NCBI GenBank assembly: GCA_902539295.1
Contig: CACBIM010000004.1
Coordinates: forward strand, 12,504 to 76,503
Reading direction: 5' to 3'
DNA from: an uncultured SAR116 cluster alpha proteobacterium
Lineage (GTDB): Bacteria; Pseudomonadota; Alphaproteobacteria; Puniceispirillales; GCA-002684695
Length of the DNA stretch: 64,000 nt
Below, in pieces: positions 1-10,339 of this stretch. How positions within the stretch are numbered: position 1 is the stretch's first letter; every line of letters begins with the position of its first letter. The notes beneath the pieces were generated by a model. It saw only the letters and a program-made list of their open reading frames with translations. It did no database searches and had not been told where the DNA came from. Made by a program: the position numbers and the translations under genes.

Positions 1-2259
1 AAACAAAGTTTGTATAGAATTAGATTCTAATTTTAGAATATGATCTTCATCAACTTCATTTAGCATATCTGTTTCACCACCAGATAAAATATTAGCTATT
101 TGATGACCAATCAATTTATCGTGTTCAGATATTTGACCATTATCAAACATTCCTTTTAAGCCAAGTTCCAATGCTGCAAATGCAGTTCTTCCAGGTAATC
201 TGTAGGTAAGTTTTTCTGGCTTCACATATGTTTCTATTAAATTAATAGCTACTAATTTTGCATCGTGTAAAAGTCTATCCTTATTCATTGTAATTCCATC
301 TTCAGACCTTAAAAAACCAATTTCACGAGCCTCAGGCGCAGATGTTGAAGTTTTAGCTAATCCAATTGTTTGAAATGCCTTCATAATTGCTGGCATTGGT
401 CCATTTGGTATATTTTTGTTGTTTTCAAACCTTGATAATAATTCTTTACAACCGCCCCAAGCAGGACATATACCGAGAGCTGCTTCAGTCAGACCTATAT
501 AACTTTCAACATGAGCTTGGACAAAATTTGAATGTAATAATAATTCACACCCCCCCCCTAACGCCATACCTGAAGGAGCAGAAATAACAGGAAAATTAGA
601 GTATTTTAACTTTTGATAAACTTTTTGCCCATATTCTACAATTTTATCCACCAATTCAGTTTCTAAACCAATATTACCAAGAAAAAGAGCTTCACCAACA
701 TTTGCTCCTGCTGAAAACATCGGACCCTCATTATAAATGACCATAGCTTTATAAGAATTACTGACTGTATCAATTGATTTATCTAAAAATTGCATAGTAC
801 TCATATCAATAGAGTTACCTCGACTATGTATTTCAAAAACAGTGACACCATCACCTAAATCCCATAGACTTGCAGTACTAATTTTTTGAATTGGCTCTCT
901 AATCTTTTTTATATCTGAGAGCAAGATAATTCCATTTGGTCTATTTAAATTAACAAACTTATTCGAAATAAAATCAAAATATTTCAGTTTTTGATCTTCA
1001 ACTTTATAAAATTTTTCTTCAGGGAGATTATTTAAAATTTTAGGTATTTTTATATTAGTTTCTAAAAATTTTTCTTTGATCCAAGTCTTTCCAAGTTTAT
1101 CCATTAATTCAAAAGGTCCAGAAGCTAAGCCAAAGCCGTTCTTCATAGCATTATCTATTGAAAGTAAATCATTCGCAATTTGTTCAGCATGATTTAATGT
1201 GTACGAAATAAATTCTAAAACAACTGATAAAGCATATTCTGAGTATTTATCTTTAATCTCTAAAAATTTATTAAGATTTTTTTTAGCCAGCTTTGTGCTT
1301 TGAATTGAAGGTTTTTTACTTTCTGAAAATTCTTTTGTTATCAAATTGATTGATGTTTTTACTTTTTTTCCATTTACATTCTCTAATTTGTAAAAACCCC
1401 CAATCCCTTTTCTACCAATTAGCTTGTTCTCAAGCATGTAATCAAAAATATCAGGGGGCTTTGAATAAAGATTATATTCATCATTTTTATCAAGATGTTC
1501 AGTCATTGATGACATTACGTGAGGCATTAAATCCAAACCTACCAAATCAAGTAAACCAAAAATACCTGTTTTGGGTGCACCAAATACAGAAGATATTACA
1601 GTATCTGCCTCTTCAACATTCAAACCCATTTTTATTGCTTTTTCTGCAGCAACAATCATCCAAAAAACACCTATTCTATTTCCGATGAACCCTGGAGTAT
1701 CTTTACAATCAATTACTGACTTCCCTAATTTATTGTCGCAAAATTCAATTAAATCTTTTTTAAATTTTGAATCACTATTATTGGATCCAACAATTTCTAG
1801 TAATCTTAAATATCTTGGAGGGTTAAAAAAATGAGTTATAAAAAAATTTGACTTGAATTTTTTATCTCTTCCTTCAGTGAGTTTGCCAAGAGGTATTGTT
1901 GAAGTGTTTGATGAAATGATTAAATTATCCTTCATGATTTTTTCAATTTTTTCATAAAGGTTTTTTTTAAGTTTTAAATCTTCTATTATTACTTCTATCA
2001 CCCAATCAGAACTGTTAATTAAATGTAGATCATCATCAATATTACCTGTTTTAATTAAGTTTGCATTTTTTGGTAAAGTGAAAGCTGCTGGCTTTAATTT
2101 CATTAATTTACTTACAGCCTGATCAGCAAGATTATTTCTATTATGAGATGAATTATCAGGTATATCTAAAAGAGTTACATGAGTTCCTGCGTTTGTGAGG
2201 TGTGCAGCAATACCCGCACCCATTAAGCCAGCACCAATTACTGTTACATTTTTTATCAT
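1..2259 (-). CDS. Fused 3-hydroxyacyl-CoA dehydrogenase / enoyl-CoA hydratase (FadB/FadJ-like, dehydrogenase domain first); C-terminus runs off the left window edge
   Basis: Absent from the ORF track because it is open at position 1. Hand translation of the minus strand from the ATG (complement of 2257-2259) gives MIKNVTVIGAGLMGAGIAAHLTNAG (Rossmann GxGxxG). The frame stays open for 753 codons to position 1 (..GMFDNGQISEHDKLIGHQIANILSGGETDM..). It is co-directional with the thiolase and acyl-CoA ligase genes. Confidence 0.85.
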   Translation of the reverse strand, partial: MIKNVTVIGAGLMGAGIAAHLTNAGTHVTLLDIPDNSSHNRNNLADQAVSKLMKLKPAAFTLPKNANLIKTGNIDDDLHLINSSDWVIEVIIEDLKLKKNLYEKIEKIMKDNLIISSNTSTIPLGKLTEGRDKKFKSNFFITHFFNPPRYLRLLEIVGSNNSDSKFKKDLIEFCDNKLGKSVIDCKDTPGFIGNRIGVFWMIVAAEKAIKMGLNVEEADTVISSVFGAPKTGIFGLLDLVGLDLMPHVMSSMTEHLDKNDEYNLYSKPPDIFDYMLENKLIGRKGIGGFYKLENVNGKKVKTSINLITKEFSESKKPSIQSTKLAKKNLNKFLEIKDKYSEYALSVVLEFISYTLNHAEQIANDLLSIDNAMKNGFGLASGPFELMDKLGKTWIKEKFLETNIKIPKILNNLPEEKFYKVEDQKLKYFDFISNKFVNLNRPNGIILLSDIKKIREPIQKISTASLWDLGDGVTVFEIHSRGNSIDMSTMQFLDKSIDTVSNSYKAMVIYNEGPMFSAGANVGEALFLGNIGLETELVDKIVEYGQKVYQKLKYSNFPVISAPSGMALGGGCELLLHSNFVQAHVESYIGLTEAALGICPAWGGCKELLSRFENNKNIPNGPMPAIMKAFQTIGLAKTSTSAPEAREIGFLRSEDGITMNKDRLLHDAKLVAINLIETYVKPEKLTYRLPGRTAFAALELGLKGMFDNGQISEHDKLIGHQIANILSGGETDMLNEVDEDHILKLESNSIQTLF

Positions 2260-2260
2260 A

Positions 2261-3397
2261 TTAAATTGCTTCAAGTACTGTGGCTATACCTTGCCCTAAA
2301 CCTATACATTGTGTAGCTAGAGCATATTTTTTGCCTTCACGTTTGAGTAGTTGTGCGGCTTTGCCAGTAATTCTAGCACCTGTAGCTCCTAAGGGATGCC
2401 CCAATGCAATTGCTCCGCCATCTAAATTGACAATTTTTTTATCTAATTCCAAATCTTGTACACAAGCTAAGCTTTGTGAAGCAAATGCTTCATTTAATTC
2501 AACAACTCCCAAATCAGCTGAGTTTATGCCAGCTCTATCCATGGCTTTTCGAGATGCTCCAATCGGCCCCAATCCCATTACCTCTGGGTCACAACCATTA
2601 ACAGCACATGATTTAATTCTGGCTAAAATATCAAGATCATTCTCTTGTGCGTAATTTTCTTCACAAATCAAAGTTGCTGCGGCCCCATCCGTTAATGGGG
2701 ATGAGGTTCCTGCTGTAACTGTTCCATTTTGATCAAATGCTAATTTTAATCCATCAAGGATCTCCTGTGTTGTTCCAGGTCTTATACCTCCATCTTTAGT
2801 GACATCAAATGAATCATTTTTTATAGATGTGATTTCGTCTTTGAAATTTCCTTTACTCTCAGCAATAGAGGCTTTCTCGTGACTTAATATTGCAAACTCT
2901 TGCTGTTCTTTTCTATCAATATTATATTTTTTGGCTACGTTTTCGGCTGTAATTCCCATTGAGAGATAGACATTTGGATTGTCCTCTAATAACTGAGGGT
3001 GTGGCATAGGATTAAAACCAAGCATTGGAACTCTTGTCATACTCTCCACACCAGCACAAATAAATACTTTACCAGATCCCATTGCAATTGAACCAGCTGC
3101 ATTGTGAATGGCTTGCATTGATGAACCACACCACCTATTCACAGTCATACCGGCAACACTTCTTGGAAGATTACACATAAAAGTTACAACTTTACCTATA
3201 TTAAAACCCTGCTCACCCTCTGGAAAAGCGCAACCTACAATAACATCTTCAATATCGTTTTTATTTAAATTTGAAGGAGAAATTAATTTATTTATAACTT
3301 GAGATAATATATCCTCAGGCCTTAATGATTTGAGCTCACCTTTATTCGAAATAGTAAAAGGTGATCTAGAATATCCAGCAATAACTGCATTATGCAT
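2261..3397 (-). CDS. Acetyl-CoA C-acyltransferase (3-ketoacyl-CoA thiolase)
   Basis: 378 aa. Thiolase-family pattern: active-site Cys region VNRWCGSSMQA and C-terminal NLDGGAIALGHPLGATGARI and CIGLGQGIA. It lies 1 nt downstream of the neighbouring beta-oxidation gene. Confidence 0.9.
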   Translation of the reverse strand: MHNAVIAGYSRSPFTISNKGELKSLRPEDILSQVINKLISPSNLNKNDIEDVIVGCAFPEGEQGFNIGKVVTFMCNLPRSVAGMTVNRWCGSSMQAIHNAAGSIAMGSGKVFICAGVESMTRVPMLGFNPMPHPQLLEDNPNVYLSMGITAENVAKKYNIDRKEQQEFAILSHEKASIAESKGNFKDEITSIKNDSFDVTKDGGIRPGTTQEILDGLKLAFDQNGTVTAGTSSPLTDGAAATLICEENYAQENDLDILARIKSCAVNGCDPEVMGLGPIGASRKAMDRAGINSADLGVVELNEAFASQSLACVQDLELDKKIVNLDGGAIALGHPLGATGARITGKAAQLLKREGKKYALATQCIGLGQGIATVLEAI

Positions 3398-3398
3398 T

Positions 3399-5063
3399 TT
3401 ATTTTATCTCCCTTAATTCTCTTCTTAATATTTTACCTACATTCGACTTAGGTATTTCATCAACAATTTCAAGTAATTTTGGCACCTTATAAGCTGTAAG
3501 ATTATTTCTACAATGTTCTAAAATCTCATCTTTAGTGATTGTTTCACCCTCAACAACTGATACAAACAATTTTACTAGCTCCTGTCCATTATTTCCAGAC
3601 ACTCCAATACAGCCAGCCTCTAAGATTTTTTGATGCTGCATCGCAACTTCTTCTATATCACTTGGATAAACGTTAAATCCAGAAACAATTATCATGTCTT
3701 TTTTCCTATCAACAATTTGAAAGTATCCATCCTTTCTCATTTTTCCTATATCACCAGTTTTAAACCAACCGTCTTTTGTTAGAGCATTTTTGGTGTCTTT
3801 TTCGTTATTCCAGTAACCTCTCATGACTTGAGGACCTCTAATACAGATTTCACCCTCTTTTTCAGCTGATAAAATTTTTCCTTTATCATCTTGAATAGAC
3901 ATTTCAGTGGAAGGTAAAGGGAGCCCTATAGTATCGCTAAAAGTTTTCCCATCAACTGGATCGATAGATGCCGCTGGCGCAGTTTCAGAAAGACCATAAC
4001 CGACTACCATCAAACAACCAGTGATTTTTTGCCAACGATCACCAACAGATTTTTGTACAGGCATTCCACCAGCAATTGTTATATTGAGCTTTGAAAAGTC
4101 GCAATCCTGAAAATTTTTATCCTCCAATAACTTATTAAATAATGTATTTACGCCACTGATGAACGTAAACTTGTATTTTTTCAAAATTTTAACAAAACCC
4201 GGAATGTCCCTTGGATTTGTTATTAGAATATTATTTGCACCAAAATAAAAATAGACTACTGAATTACAAGTCAATGCAAATATATGGTAAAGTGGCAGTG
4301 CACAAATAGCTAAATCTTCACCAAATTTTAACTTTTCACCTAACCATTCCCTTACCTGAATAGCATTAGCTAAAACATTTCTATGGGACAAGATTGCAGC
4401 TTTAACTCCACCTGTTGTTCCTCCCGTATACTGAAGAAAAGCAATATCTTCTTTGTCAATTTTTTGCTCTTGGAATTTATGTTTTGACCCAATGTTAATT
4501 GCATCTTTAAAATTTACAGCATTTGGCAAAGAGTATTTTGGAACCATTTTCCTAATTTTTCTTAGGACAAAATTAATCATAATCCCTTTTAATCCTAAAA
4601 ATTCACCAACAGATGTAATTAAAACATTTTTAATTGATGTTTCTTTTAGTATTGATTGTAGATTTGATGCGAAATTTTCAGCTATAATTATTGTCTCAGA
4701 ACCTGAATCATTTAACTGAGCCTTCAATTCACGATGTGTAAATAAAGGATTTATATTATCTATAACAAGTCCTGATTTTAAAATTCCAAAAGTTGAAATC
4801 GGATACTGTAAAATATTGGGCATCATGATTGAAACTCTATCCCCTTTTTTTAATTTGAACTCATTTAATAAAAAAGAAGAAAGATTTTCAGAGTATGACT
4901 TTATTTCTTTAAAGCTAACCTTAACTCCAAAATTAGTAAAAGCAGGCTGATCATTAAATCGGTCACATGTTTGGTTAAACAAGTCTACTAATGACTTAAA
5001 CTCATCTAAATTAATTTCTGAGGGCACCCCCTCCGGATAGCTTTTTAACCAAACTTTTTCCAA
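3399..5063 (-). CDS. fadD: Long-chain fatty acid--CoA ligase (AMP-binding enzyme)
   Basis: 554 aa. AMP-binding signature LQYTGGTTGGVKAAILSHRN and a C-terminal ..GKILRRELRE tail typical of acyl-CoA synthetases. Confidence 0.85.
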   Translation of the reverse strand: MEKVWLKSYPEGVPSEINLDEFKSLVDLFNQTCDRFNDQPAFTNFGVKVSFKEIKSYSENLSSFLLNEFKLKKGDRVSIMMPNILQYPISTFGILKSGLVIDNINPLFTHRELKAQLNDSGSETIIIAENFASNLQSILKETSIKNVLITSVGEFLGLKGIMINFVLRKIRKMVPKYSLPNAVNFKDAINIGSKHKFQEQKIDKEDIAFLQYTGGTTGGVKAAILSHRNVLANAIQVREWLGEKLKFGEDLAICALPLYHIFALTCNSVVYFYFGANNILITNPRDIPGFVKILKKYKFTFISGVNTLFNKLLEDKNFQDCDFSKLNITIAGGMPVQKSVGDRWQKITGCLMVVGYGLSETAPAASIDPVDGKTFSDTIGLPLPSTEMSIQDDKGKILSAEKEGEICIRGPQVMRGYWNNEKDTKNALTKDGWFKTGDIGKMRKDGYFQIVDRKKDMIIVSGFNVYPSDIEEVAMQHQKILEAGCIGVSGNNGQELVKLFVSVVEGETITKDEILEHCRNNLTAYKVPKLLEIVDEIPKSNVGKILRRELREIK

Positions 5064-5085
5064 TTTTCTCTCCCTTTAATCATGA

Positions 5086-5904
5086 TTAATCTAAATATAA
5101 GTCTGTAAATAATTTTTCACCTGGTTGCACACTATATTTTTCTAAGTCTTTAATTCCCTCTTCAGCAAGCACTTCTTCATCAATATAAAATTTTCCAGTA
5201 AATTTATTACTATCTCTTCTTAAGATAAAAAATGACGCATCAGCTAATATATCTACTTTACGGCATTGCTCTGGCCTAACAACACCTCCAAGCATCCTAA
5301 TAGCCGCTGTATCAATTGCTGTTTTTGGCCACAGTGCATTTACAGCAATATTATATTTCTTGTACTCTTCTGACATTCCAATAACACACATACTCATACC
5401 AAACTTAGCAATAGTATATGCTGTAAAATTTTCAAACCATTTAGGTTTAAGACTTATAGGCGGACTCATATTTAAAATATGCGGATTTTTTGATTTTTTC
5501 AAATGTTGCAAACAAATTCTTGAACAAAGATAAGTACCTCTTAAATTGATATTATTCATAAGGTCAAATTGTTTTGTTGGAAGAGTTTCACTGTTAAACA
5601 AACCAATAGCACTCGCATTATTAATTAAAATATCAATTGAGCCAAATTTATCTTTAACATTTTGAATAGCATTTTCGATTTGATCTTCAAATCTTATATC
5701 AGTCTTAATCGCTATTGCTTTAGTCCCATATTCATTGATTTCTTCGACTGCAGAATGAATAGTACCTGGCAATTTTGGATGGGGTGTATCCGTTTTAGCA
5801 AGAACAGCAATATTTGCTCCTTCAGAAGCTAATTTTTTTGCAATGCCAAGGCCTATACCTCTTGATGCACCTGTGATCACAACATTTTTATTTTTAAATT
5901 CCAT
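5086..5904 (-). CDS. Short-chain dehydrogenase/reductase (HSDL2-like)
   Basis: The ORF-track start at 5922 is TTG. The in-frame ATG at 5904 gives MEFKNKNVVITGASRGIGLGIA (TGxxxGxG cofactor motif), followed by the ..PHPKLPGTIH.. pattern seen in HSDL2-type SDRs. Confidence 0.75.
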   Translation of the reverse strand: MEFKNKNVVITGASRGIGLGIAKKLASEGANIAVLAKTDTPHPKLPGTIHSAVEEINEYGTKAIAIKTDIRFEDQIENAIQNVKDKFGSIDILINNASAIGLFNSETLPTKQFDLMNNINLRGTYLCSRICLQHLKKSKNPHILNMSPPISLKPKWFENFTAYTIAKFGMSMCVIGMSEEYKKYNIAVNALWPKTAIDTAAIRMLGGVVRPEQCRKVDILADASFFILRRDSNKFTGKFYIDEEVLAEEGIKDLEKYSVQPGEKLFTDLYLD

Positions 5905-5927
5905 GCATTTTATTATTAACAAAAAAT

Positions 5928-5960
5928 AAAAAAAAAGCCCACTCGAAAAGTGGGCTTTTT
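5928..5960 (-). terminator. Rho-independent terminator after the amino-acid binding protein gene
   Basis: GC-rich stem GCCCACT/AGTGGGC (5937-5943 / 5949-5955) with loop CGAAA. On the minus strand it is followed by a long U-run (the A-run at 5921-5936). It lies 19 nt after the stop of the 5979..7001 gene. Confidence 0.8.
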
Positions 5961-5978
5961 AAAATTAGTTGACTTAAA

Positions 5979-7001
5979 TTATCTAATTGGAGGACCGTAT
6001 TGTAAACCACCAGCTGTCCAGAGTGCGTTTACACCTCTGTCAAGTTGTAATGGAGTGTTCGGACCAACATTTCTCTCATAACTCTCAGCATAGTTTCCAA
6101 CTGCTTTGATAATTCTTACTGCCCAATCATTAGATAATCCGATATACTCACCAAAAGTACCTTCTTTACCTAATAATCTAAGCATTGCTGGATCATTTGA
6201 ACTCATATGACTATCAATGTTCGCTTGAGTTACACCCATTTCTTCAGCATTTAACATTGCAAAATGTGTCCATTTAACAATATTTAACCAATTATCATCA
6301 CCTTGTCTTACAACTGGGCCTAGTGGCTCTTTGGAAATCACTTCTGGAAGAAGCATATGATCATCAGGATTTGATAATTTTAATCTTTGTGCTGCAACAC
6401 CTGATTTATCAGTTGTGTAAACATCACATCTTCCTTCACCATATGCAGCTATAACGTCCGCCGCATCTTCGTATGCAACTATATTTATAGACATATTATT
6501 CATTCTGAAAAAATCAGTAATATTCAGTTCAGTTGTAGTACCAGTCTGTGTACAAACATTTGCACCATCTAATTCAGTTCCACTTGTTACTCCAAGTGAT
6601 TTTGGTACCATCATTCCCTGACCGTCATAATAGTTAACAACAGAAAAGTTTAATCCCAATGAAGCGTCTCTAGTCATTGTCCAAGTAGTGTTTCTAGCAA
6701 GAACATCTATTTCACCTGATGATAAAGCTGTAAAACGCTGCTTAGATGAAAGTGGAGTAAATTTAACTGCTTGCGGATCATTAAATATAGCAGCAGCCAT
6801 TGCTCTACAGAAATCAACGTCTAAACCAGTCCAATTTCCAGCATCATCTGGATTTGAAAATCCAAATAAACCTTGGCTAACTCCACATTGTAAGTGACCT
6901 CTATCTTGAACTTGTTTTAATGTTGCATGACCATCTGCAAACGCATTACTTGCAAACAAACTTCCAACAAGTCCAAAAATTGTAAAAAATTTTTTAAACA
7001 T
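5979..7001 (-). CDS. Amino-acid ABC transporter periplasmic substrate-binding protein (general L-amino acid, AapJ/BztA-like)
   Basis: 340 aa. Signal peptide MFKKFFTIFGLVGSLFASNAFA and family-3 solute-binding fold pattern. No cognate permease or ATPase genes are adjacent in this window. Confidence 0.8.
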   Translation of the reverse strand: MFKKFFTIFGLVGSLFASNAFADGHATLKQVQDRGHLQCGVSQGLFGFSNPDDAGNWTGLDVDFCRAMAAAIFNDPQAVKFTPLSSKQRFTALSSGEIDVLARNTTWTMTRDASLGLNFSVVNYYDGQGMMVPKSLGVTSGTELDGANVCTQTGTTTELNITDFFRMNNMSINIVAYEDAADVIAAYGEGRCDVYTTDKSGVAAQRLKLSNPDDHMLLPEVISKEPLGPVVRQGDDNWLNIVKWTHFAMLNAEEMGVTQANIDSHMSSNDPAMLRLLGKEGTFGEYIGLSNDWAVRIIKAVGNYAESYERNVGPNTPLQLDRGVNALWTAGGLQYGPPIR

Positions 7002-7174
7002 TATTTTTTCCTCATTTTGTTATTTATAAATAAATATAACCACCTTATATATCTTTCAAGATATAACTGGAAGTTAAAATTAGTTTTTATTTACAATAAC
7101 ATATATATTATTGATTTAAAATAAATTATTAGATCATATACCTTACCAAGATTAATATTATTACATGTGATTAA

Positions 7175-8335
7175 ATGAATAAAAAGAACACTATACCTTC
7201 TACTAAAATTACACATTCAGGTCTGAAACCAAAAACTAATTTTGGTATTCCAAACCCTCCAGTTTATCATGCTTCAACGATTTTATACCCTAATTCAAAA
7301 TCTAGACGTGAGAAAAAAGTAAAGTTCCAATATGGAAGAACAGGAACACCCACATCAAGAGCATTTTGCGATACTATGGCTGAACTTTATAATGCAGATG
7401 GATCGATCATAGCTCCCTCTGGCTTAGCCGCGGCAGTAGTTGGCATTCTATCTTTTGTTAAAAGTGGAAGCCATATTCTAGTAGCTGATAGTGCATATGG
7501 AAGCACTAGGAATTTTATTACAAATTTTTTGCCATCAATTGGAGTAAATGTAGAATTTTATGAGCCAAGAATTAAATCTCAAAATTTTAATAAACTTATT
7601 AAAAATAATACGTCTCTAATATATTTTGAGAGCCCTGGGTCACATACTTTTGAGCTTCAAGATCTGCCCTCATTAACTAAAGTTGCAAAAATATACAATG
7701 TTACAACAATTACAGATAATACTTGGGCAACAATTTTAGGACAAAATCCTTTGGATTTAGGTGTAGACGCTGTCATTGAATCATATACAAAGTATGTCAC
7801 AGGACATAGTGATGTAATGATGGGCGGTGTCATTGCAAGAGGAAAGAAATTCAAACAAATAAAAAAACAATCAGAATTAATGGGGCAATGTTCTGGTCCC
7901 GATGATATTTACCTTGCATTTAGAGGTCTAAGAACCATGAAAGTTCGTCTGGAAAAATCCTTTAATTCTTCTCTTAAAGTAGCAGACTGGATTTCAAATC
8001 AACCAAAAGTTATAAATGTGTTTCATCCAGCAACCAAATATCACCCTGACTTTAAAATATTCAAGAGAGACTTTAATATTGGCGCTGGCTTGTTTTCGTT
8101 TGAATTAAAAGAAAAAAATTTAAAAAAGATTGATAAGTTTATTGATGCTTTGAAACTTTTTGGAATTGGCGCATCTTGGGGGGGCTTCGAGAGCTTAATT
8201 TTAGAAGCTGATTTAGATAAAATAAGAAAGTTCAATACCTTTCAAAATAGAAAACTTATTAGATTAGCAATTGGGCTTGAAGAACCAGAAGATTTGATTG
8301 CAGATCTCAGGCAGGCATTTAAAGAAATAAATTAA
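7175..8335 (+). CDS. metC: Cystathionine beta-lyase (PLP-dependent Cys/Met metabolism enzyme)
   Basis: 386 aa. PLP-lysine context ESYTKYVTGHSDVMMG. The N-terminal region and overall length are typical of MetC. Confidence 0.8.
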   Translation: MNKKNTIPSTKITHSGLKPKTNFGIPNPPVYHASTILYPNSKSRREKKVKFQYGRTGTPTSRAFCDTMAELYNADGSIIAPSGLAAAVVGILSFVKSGSHILVADSAYGSTRNFITNFLPSIGVNVEFYEPRIKSQNFNKLIKNNTSLIYFESPGSHTFELQDLPSLTKVAKIYNVTTITDNTWATILGQNPLDLGVDAVIESYTKYVTGHSDVMMGGVIARGKKFKQIKKQSELMGQCSGPDDIYLAFRGLRTMKVRLEKSFNSSLKVADWISNQPKVINVFHPATKYHPDFKIFKRDFNIGAGLFSFELKEKNLKKIDKFIDALKLFGIGASWGGFESLILEADLDKIRKFNTFQNRKLIRLAIGLEEPEDLIADLRQAFKEIN

Positions 8336-8424
8336 GTTTGATAATTTTTAAAAATTGAATTAATGAAAATAAACTTTATTTAGGTTTATACTTATTTCAA
8401 TAACATTAATGGTTTAATGCTCAA

Positions 8425-9552
8425 ATGAATGAAATAAAAAAATATGATGTGGGTTATCTCTCTTCAATAGAAGACGTATTAGATGATGCGAAAAAAGGCA
8501 AAATGTTCATTCTTGTTGACGATGAAGATCGTGAAAATGAGGGTGACTTATGTATTTTAGCTGAATTTGCGAATGCTGAAGCTATAAATTTTATGGCTAA
8601 AAATGGAAGAGGCCTGATTTGTCTCGCTTTGGAAAGGCAAAGAGTTGAAACTCTTGGATTAGAAATGATGCAACAGCGAAATATTTCGAGACTTGGTACG
8701 GCATTTACTGTCTCAATTGAAGCAAGTGAAGGAGTTACAACAGGAATTTCCGCAGCTGATAGAGCAAAAACTATTGAAGTGGCAATTGATGATAAAACTT
8801 CACCTCACGATTTAAGTACTCCTGGCCATGTTTTCCCATTGGTTGCTAGGGATGGAGGAACTCTTATAAGAGCTGGTCATACTGAAGCCATTGTTGACAT
8901 TGCAAGAGCAGCAGGTGGTAACCCATCAGGTGTTATTTGTGAAATTCTTAAAGATGATGGAACTATGGCAAGAATGCCGGATTTAATAAGCTTTTCTCAA
9001 CTTTATGGTTTGAAGGTTGCTACAATTGCAGATTTAATTAAATACAGGTTGAAGAATGAGAGTACTGTAAGGCGAAGCATAGAATCCAACTTTCCAAGCC
9101 AATTTGGAGGCAATTGGCGAGCAATTGTTTATGTGGATACTATATCAGGGGTTGAGCATCTAGCTTTAGTTTTAGGAGACATTACTTCTTCAGATGCAAT
9201 TCCAGTCAGAATGCATGCAGTTAATTTTTTAGGTGATCTTCTAGGTGCAACTAATCAGGATAAAAATGATGTTCAACTTGCTTCAGCAATGAAAACAATT
9301 TCAAAAATTGGAAAAGGTGCGGTTGTTTTACTAAGAGATCTGTCGCCTACAAGTATTAGAGATCAGTTAGCAACCATTAATAATAATACATCAAAAGATA
9401 GCTGGAAATTTAAAAATTACGGTGCCGGCGCACAAATTCTTGTTGATCTGGGATTAAGAAATATTTTACTTTTAACTAATTCACCAAAAAAACCTGTTGC
9501 ACTAGACAGTTATGGTTTAAAAATTACAGATTATCGAAAATTGGATACTTAA
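8425..9552 (+). CDS. ribB: 3,4-dihydroxy-2-butanone-4-phosphate synthase with C-terminal GTP cyclohydrolase II-like domain
   Basis: 375 aa. DHBP synthase motifs DDEDRENEGDL and ..RAGHTEA.., with a RibA-like C-terminal half. Confidence 0.85.
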   Translation: MNEIKKYDVGYLSSIEDVLDDAKKGKMFILVDDEDRENEGDLCILAEFANAEAINFMAKNGRGLICLALERQRVETLGLEMMQQRNISRLGTAFTVSIEASEGVTTGISAADRAKTIEVAIDDKTSPHDLSTPGHVFPLVARDGGTLIRAGHTEAIVDIARAAGGNPSGVICEILKDDGTMARMPDLISFSQLYGLKVATIADLIKYRLKNESTVRRSIESNFPSQFGGNWRAIVYVDTISGVEHLALVLGDITSSDAIPVRMHAVNFLGDLLGATNQDKNDVQLASAMKTISKIGKGAVVLLRDLSPTSIRDQLATINNNTSKDSWKFKNYGAGAQILVDLGLRNILLLTNSPKKPVALDSYGLKITDYRKLDT

Positions 9553-10253
9553 AATTCAATCTCTTCGCCTTCAGATAGAACTCTAACTTTTAAAGCATCT
9601 TCATCCATTGATTTAAGAAATTTTTCTGGATTGCTGTCAATAATTGGAAAAGTACCAAAGTGACAAGGTATTATTGTTGAAAAATTAAAATACCTTTTAC
9701 AAGATAATGCTGCAACAGCGCCACCCATCGTAAATCTATCACCAATTGGAACTAACCCAATATCTGGTTTATGAAGTTCTTCAATTAGTTGCATATCACC
9801 AAAAATATCAGTGTCTCCCATATGGTAAACTGTTTTTTCATTTTTAATATGAAAGACTAAACCATTAGAAAAACCTAAAGAGTGGGAAATGCCATTTTCA
9901 TCAACTGTAGATGAAGAGTGATGTGCTTGAACAAAAGTAACAGAAAATTTATCGTAAACTATCGTACCACCTGTGTTGCCCTGATTGAATTTATTTAAAC
10001 CTTTTGTTTTTAAGTACGAGCAAAGATCTGCATTAGCTATAACTTCTGCTCCTGTTTTTTTTGCTAAATCAACGGTATCTCCAACGTGGTCATTATGGCC
10101 ATGCGTAAGTGCAATATGAGTTAACTCTGAAGTGATTTCATCCATATTTTGATTGCCAAATTTTGGATTTCCAGACAAAAATGGATCAATTATAATTTTA
10201 ATATCTGAAAATGAAATTGTAAATGAAGAGTGACCGTGCCAAATTATTTTCAT
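9549..10253 (-). CDS. Metal-dependent hydrolase, metallo-beta-lactamase fold (UPF0173-like)
   Basis: 234 aa with the HGHNDHVGD metal-binding motif. Its stop overlaps the ribB stop by 4 nt (convergent). Confidence 0.75.
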   Translation of the reverse strand: MKIIWHGHSSFTISFSDIKIIIDPFLSGNPKFGNQNMDEITSELTHIALTHGHNDHVGDTVDLAKKTGAEVIANADLCSYLKTKGLNKFNQGNTGGTIVYDKFSVTFVQAHHSSSTVDENGISHSLGFSNGLVFHIKNEKTVYHMGDTDIFGDMQLIEELHKPDIGLVPIGDRFTMGGAVAALSCKRYFNFSTIIPCHFGTFPIIDSNPEKFLKSMDEDALKVRVLSEGEEIEF

Positions 10254-10339
10254 ATCTAACTAAATGTTTAATTATTAATAATAAAATTCTTTTCTAAAAT
10301 AATTATTACAATGTTTAATCATAAATGTAAGGAATAATA

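Noticed and set aside
387-1834. Plus-strand ORFs 387..587, 1350..1688 and 1571..1834.
   Set aside because: They are antisense to the long open FadB-like frame (1..2259, minus). They have low-complexity composition and are shadow ORFs.
2280-3302. Plus-strand ORFs 2280..2654 and 3108..3302.
   Set aside because: They lie entirely inside and antisense to the well-supported thiolase gene.
8336-8424. Expected FMN (RFN) riboswitch upstream of ribB.
   Set aside because: The spacer is only 89 nt of AT-rich sequence, with none of the conserved GC-rich RFN helices.
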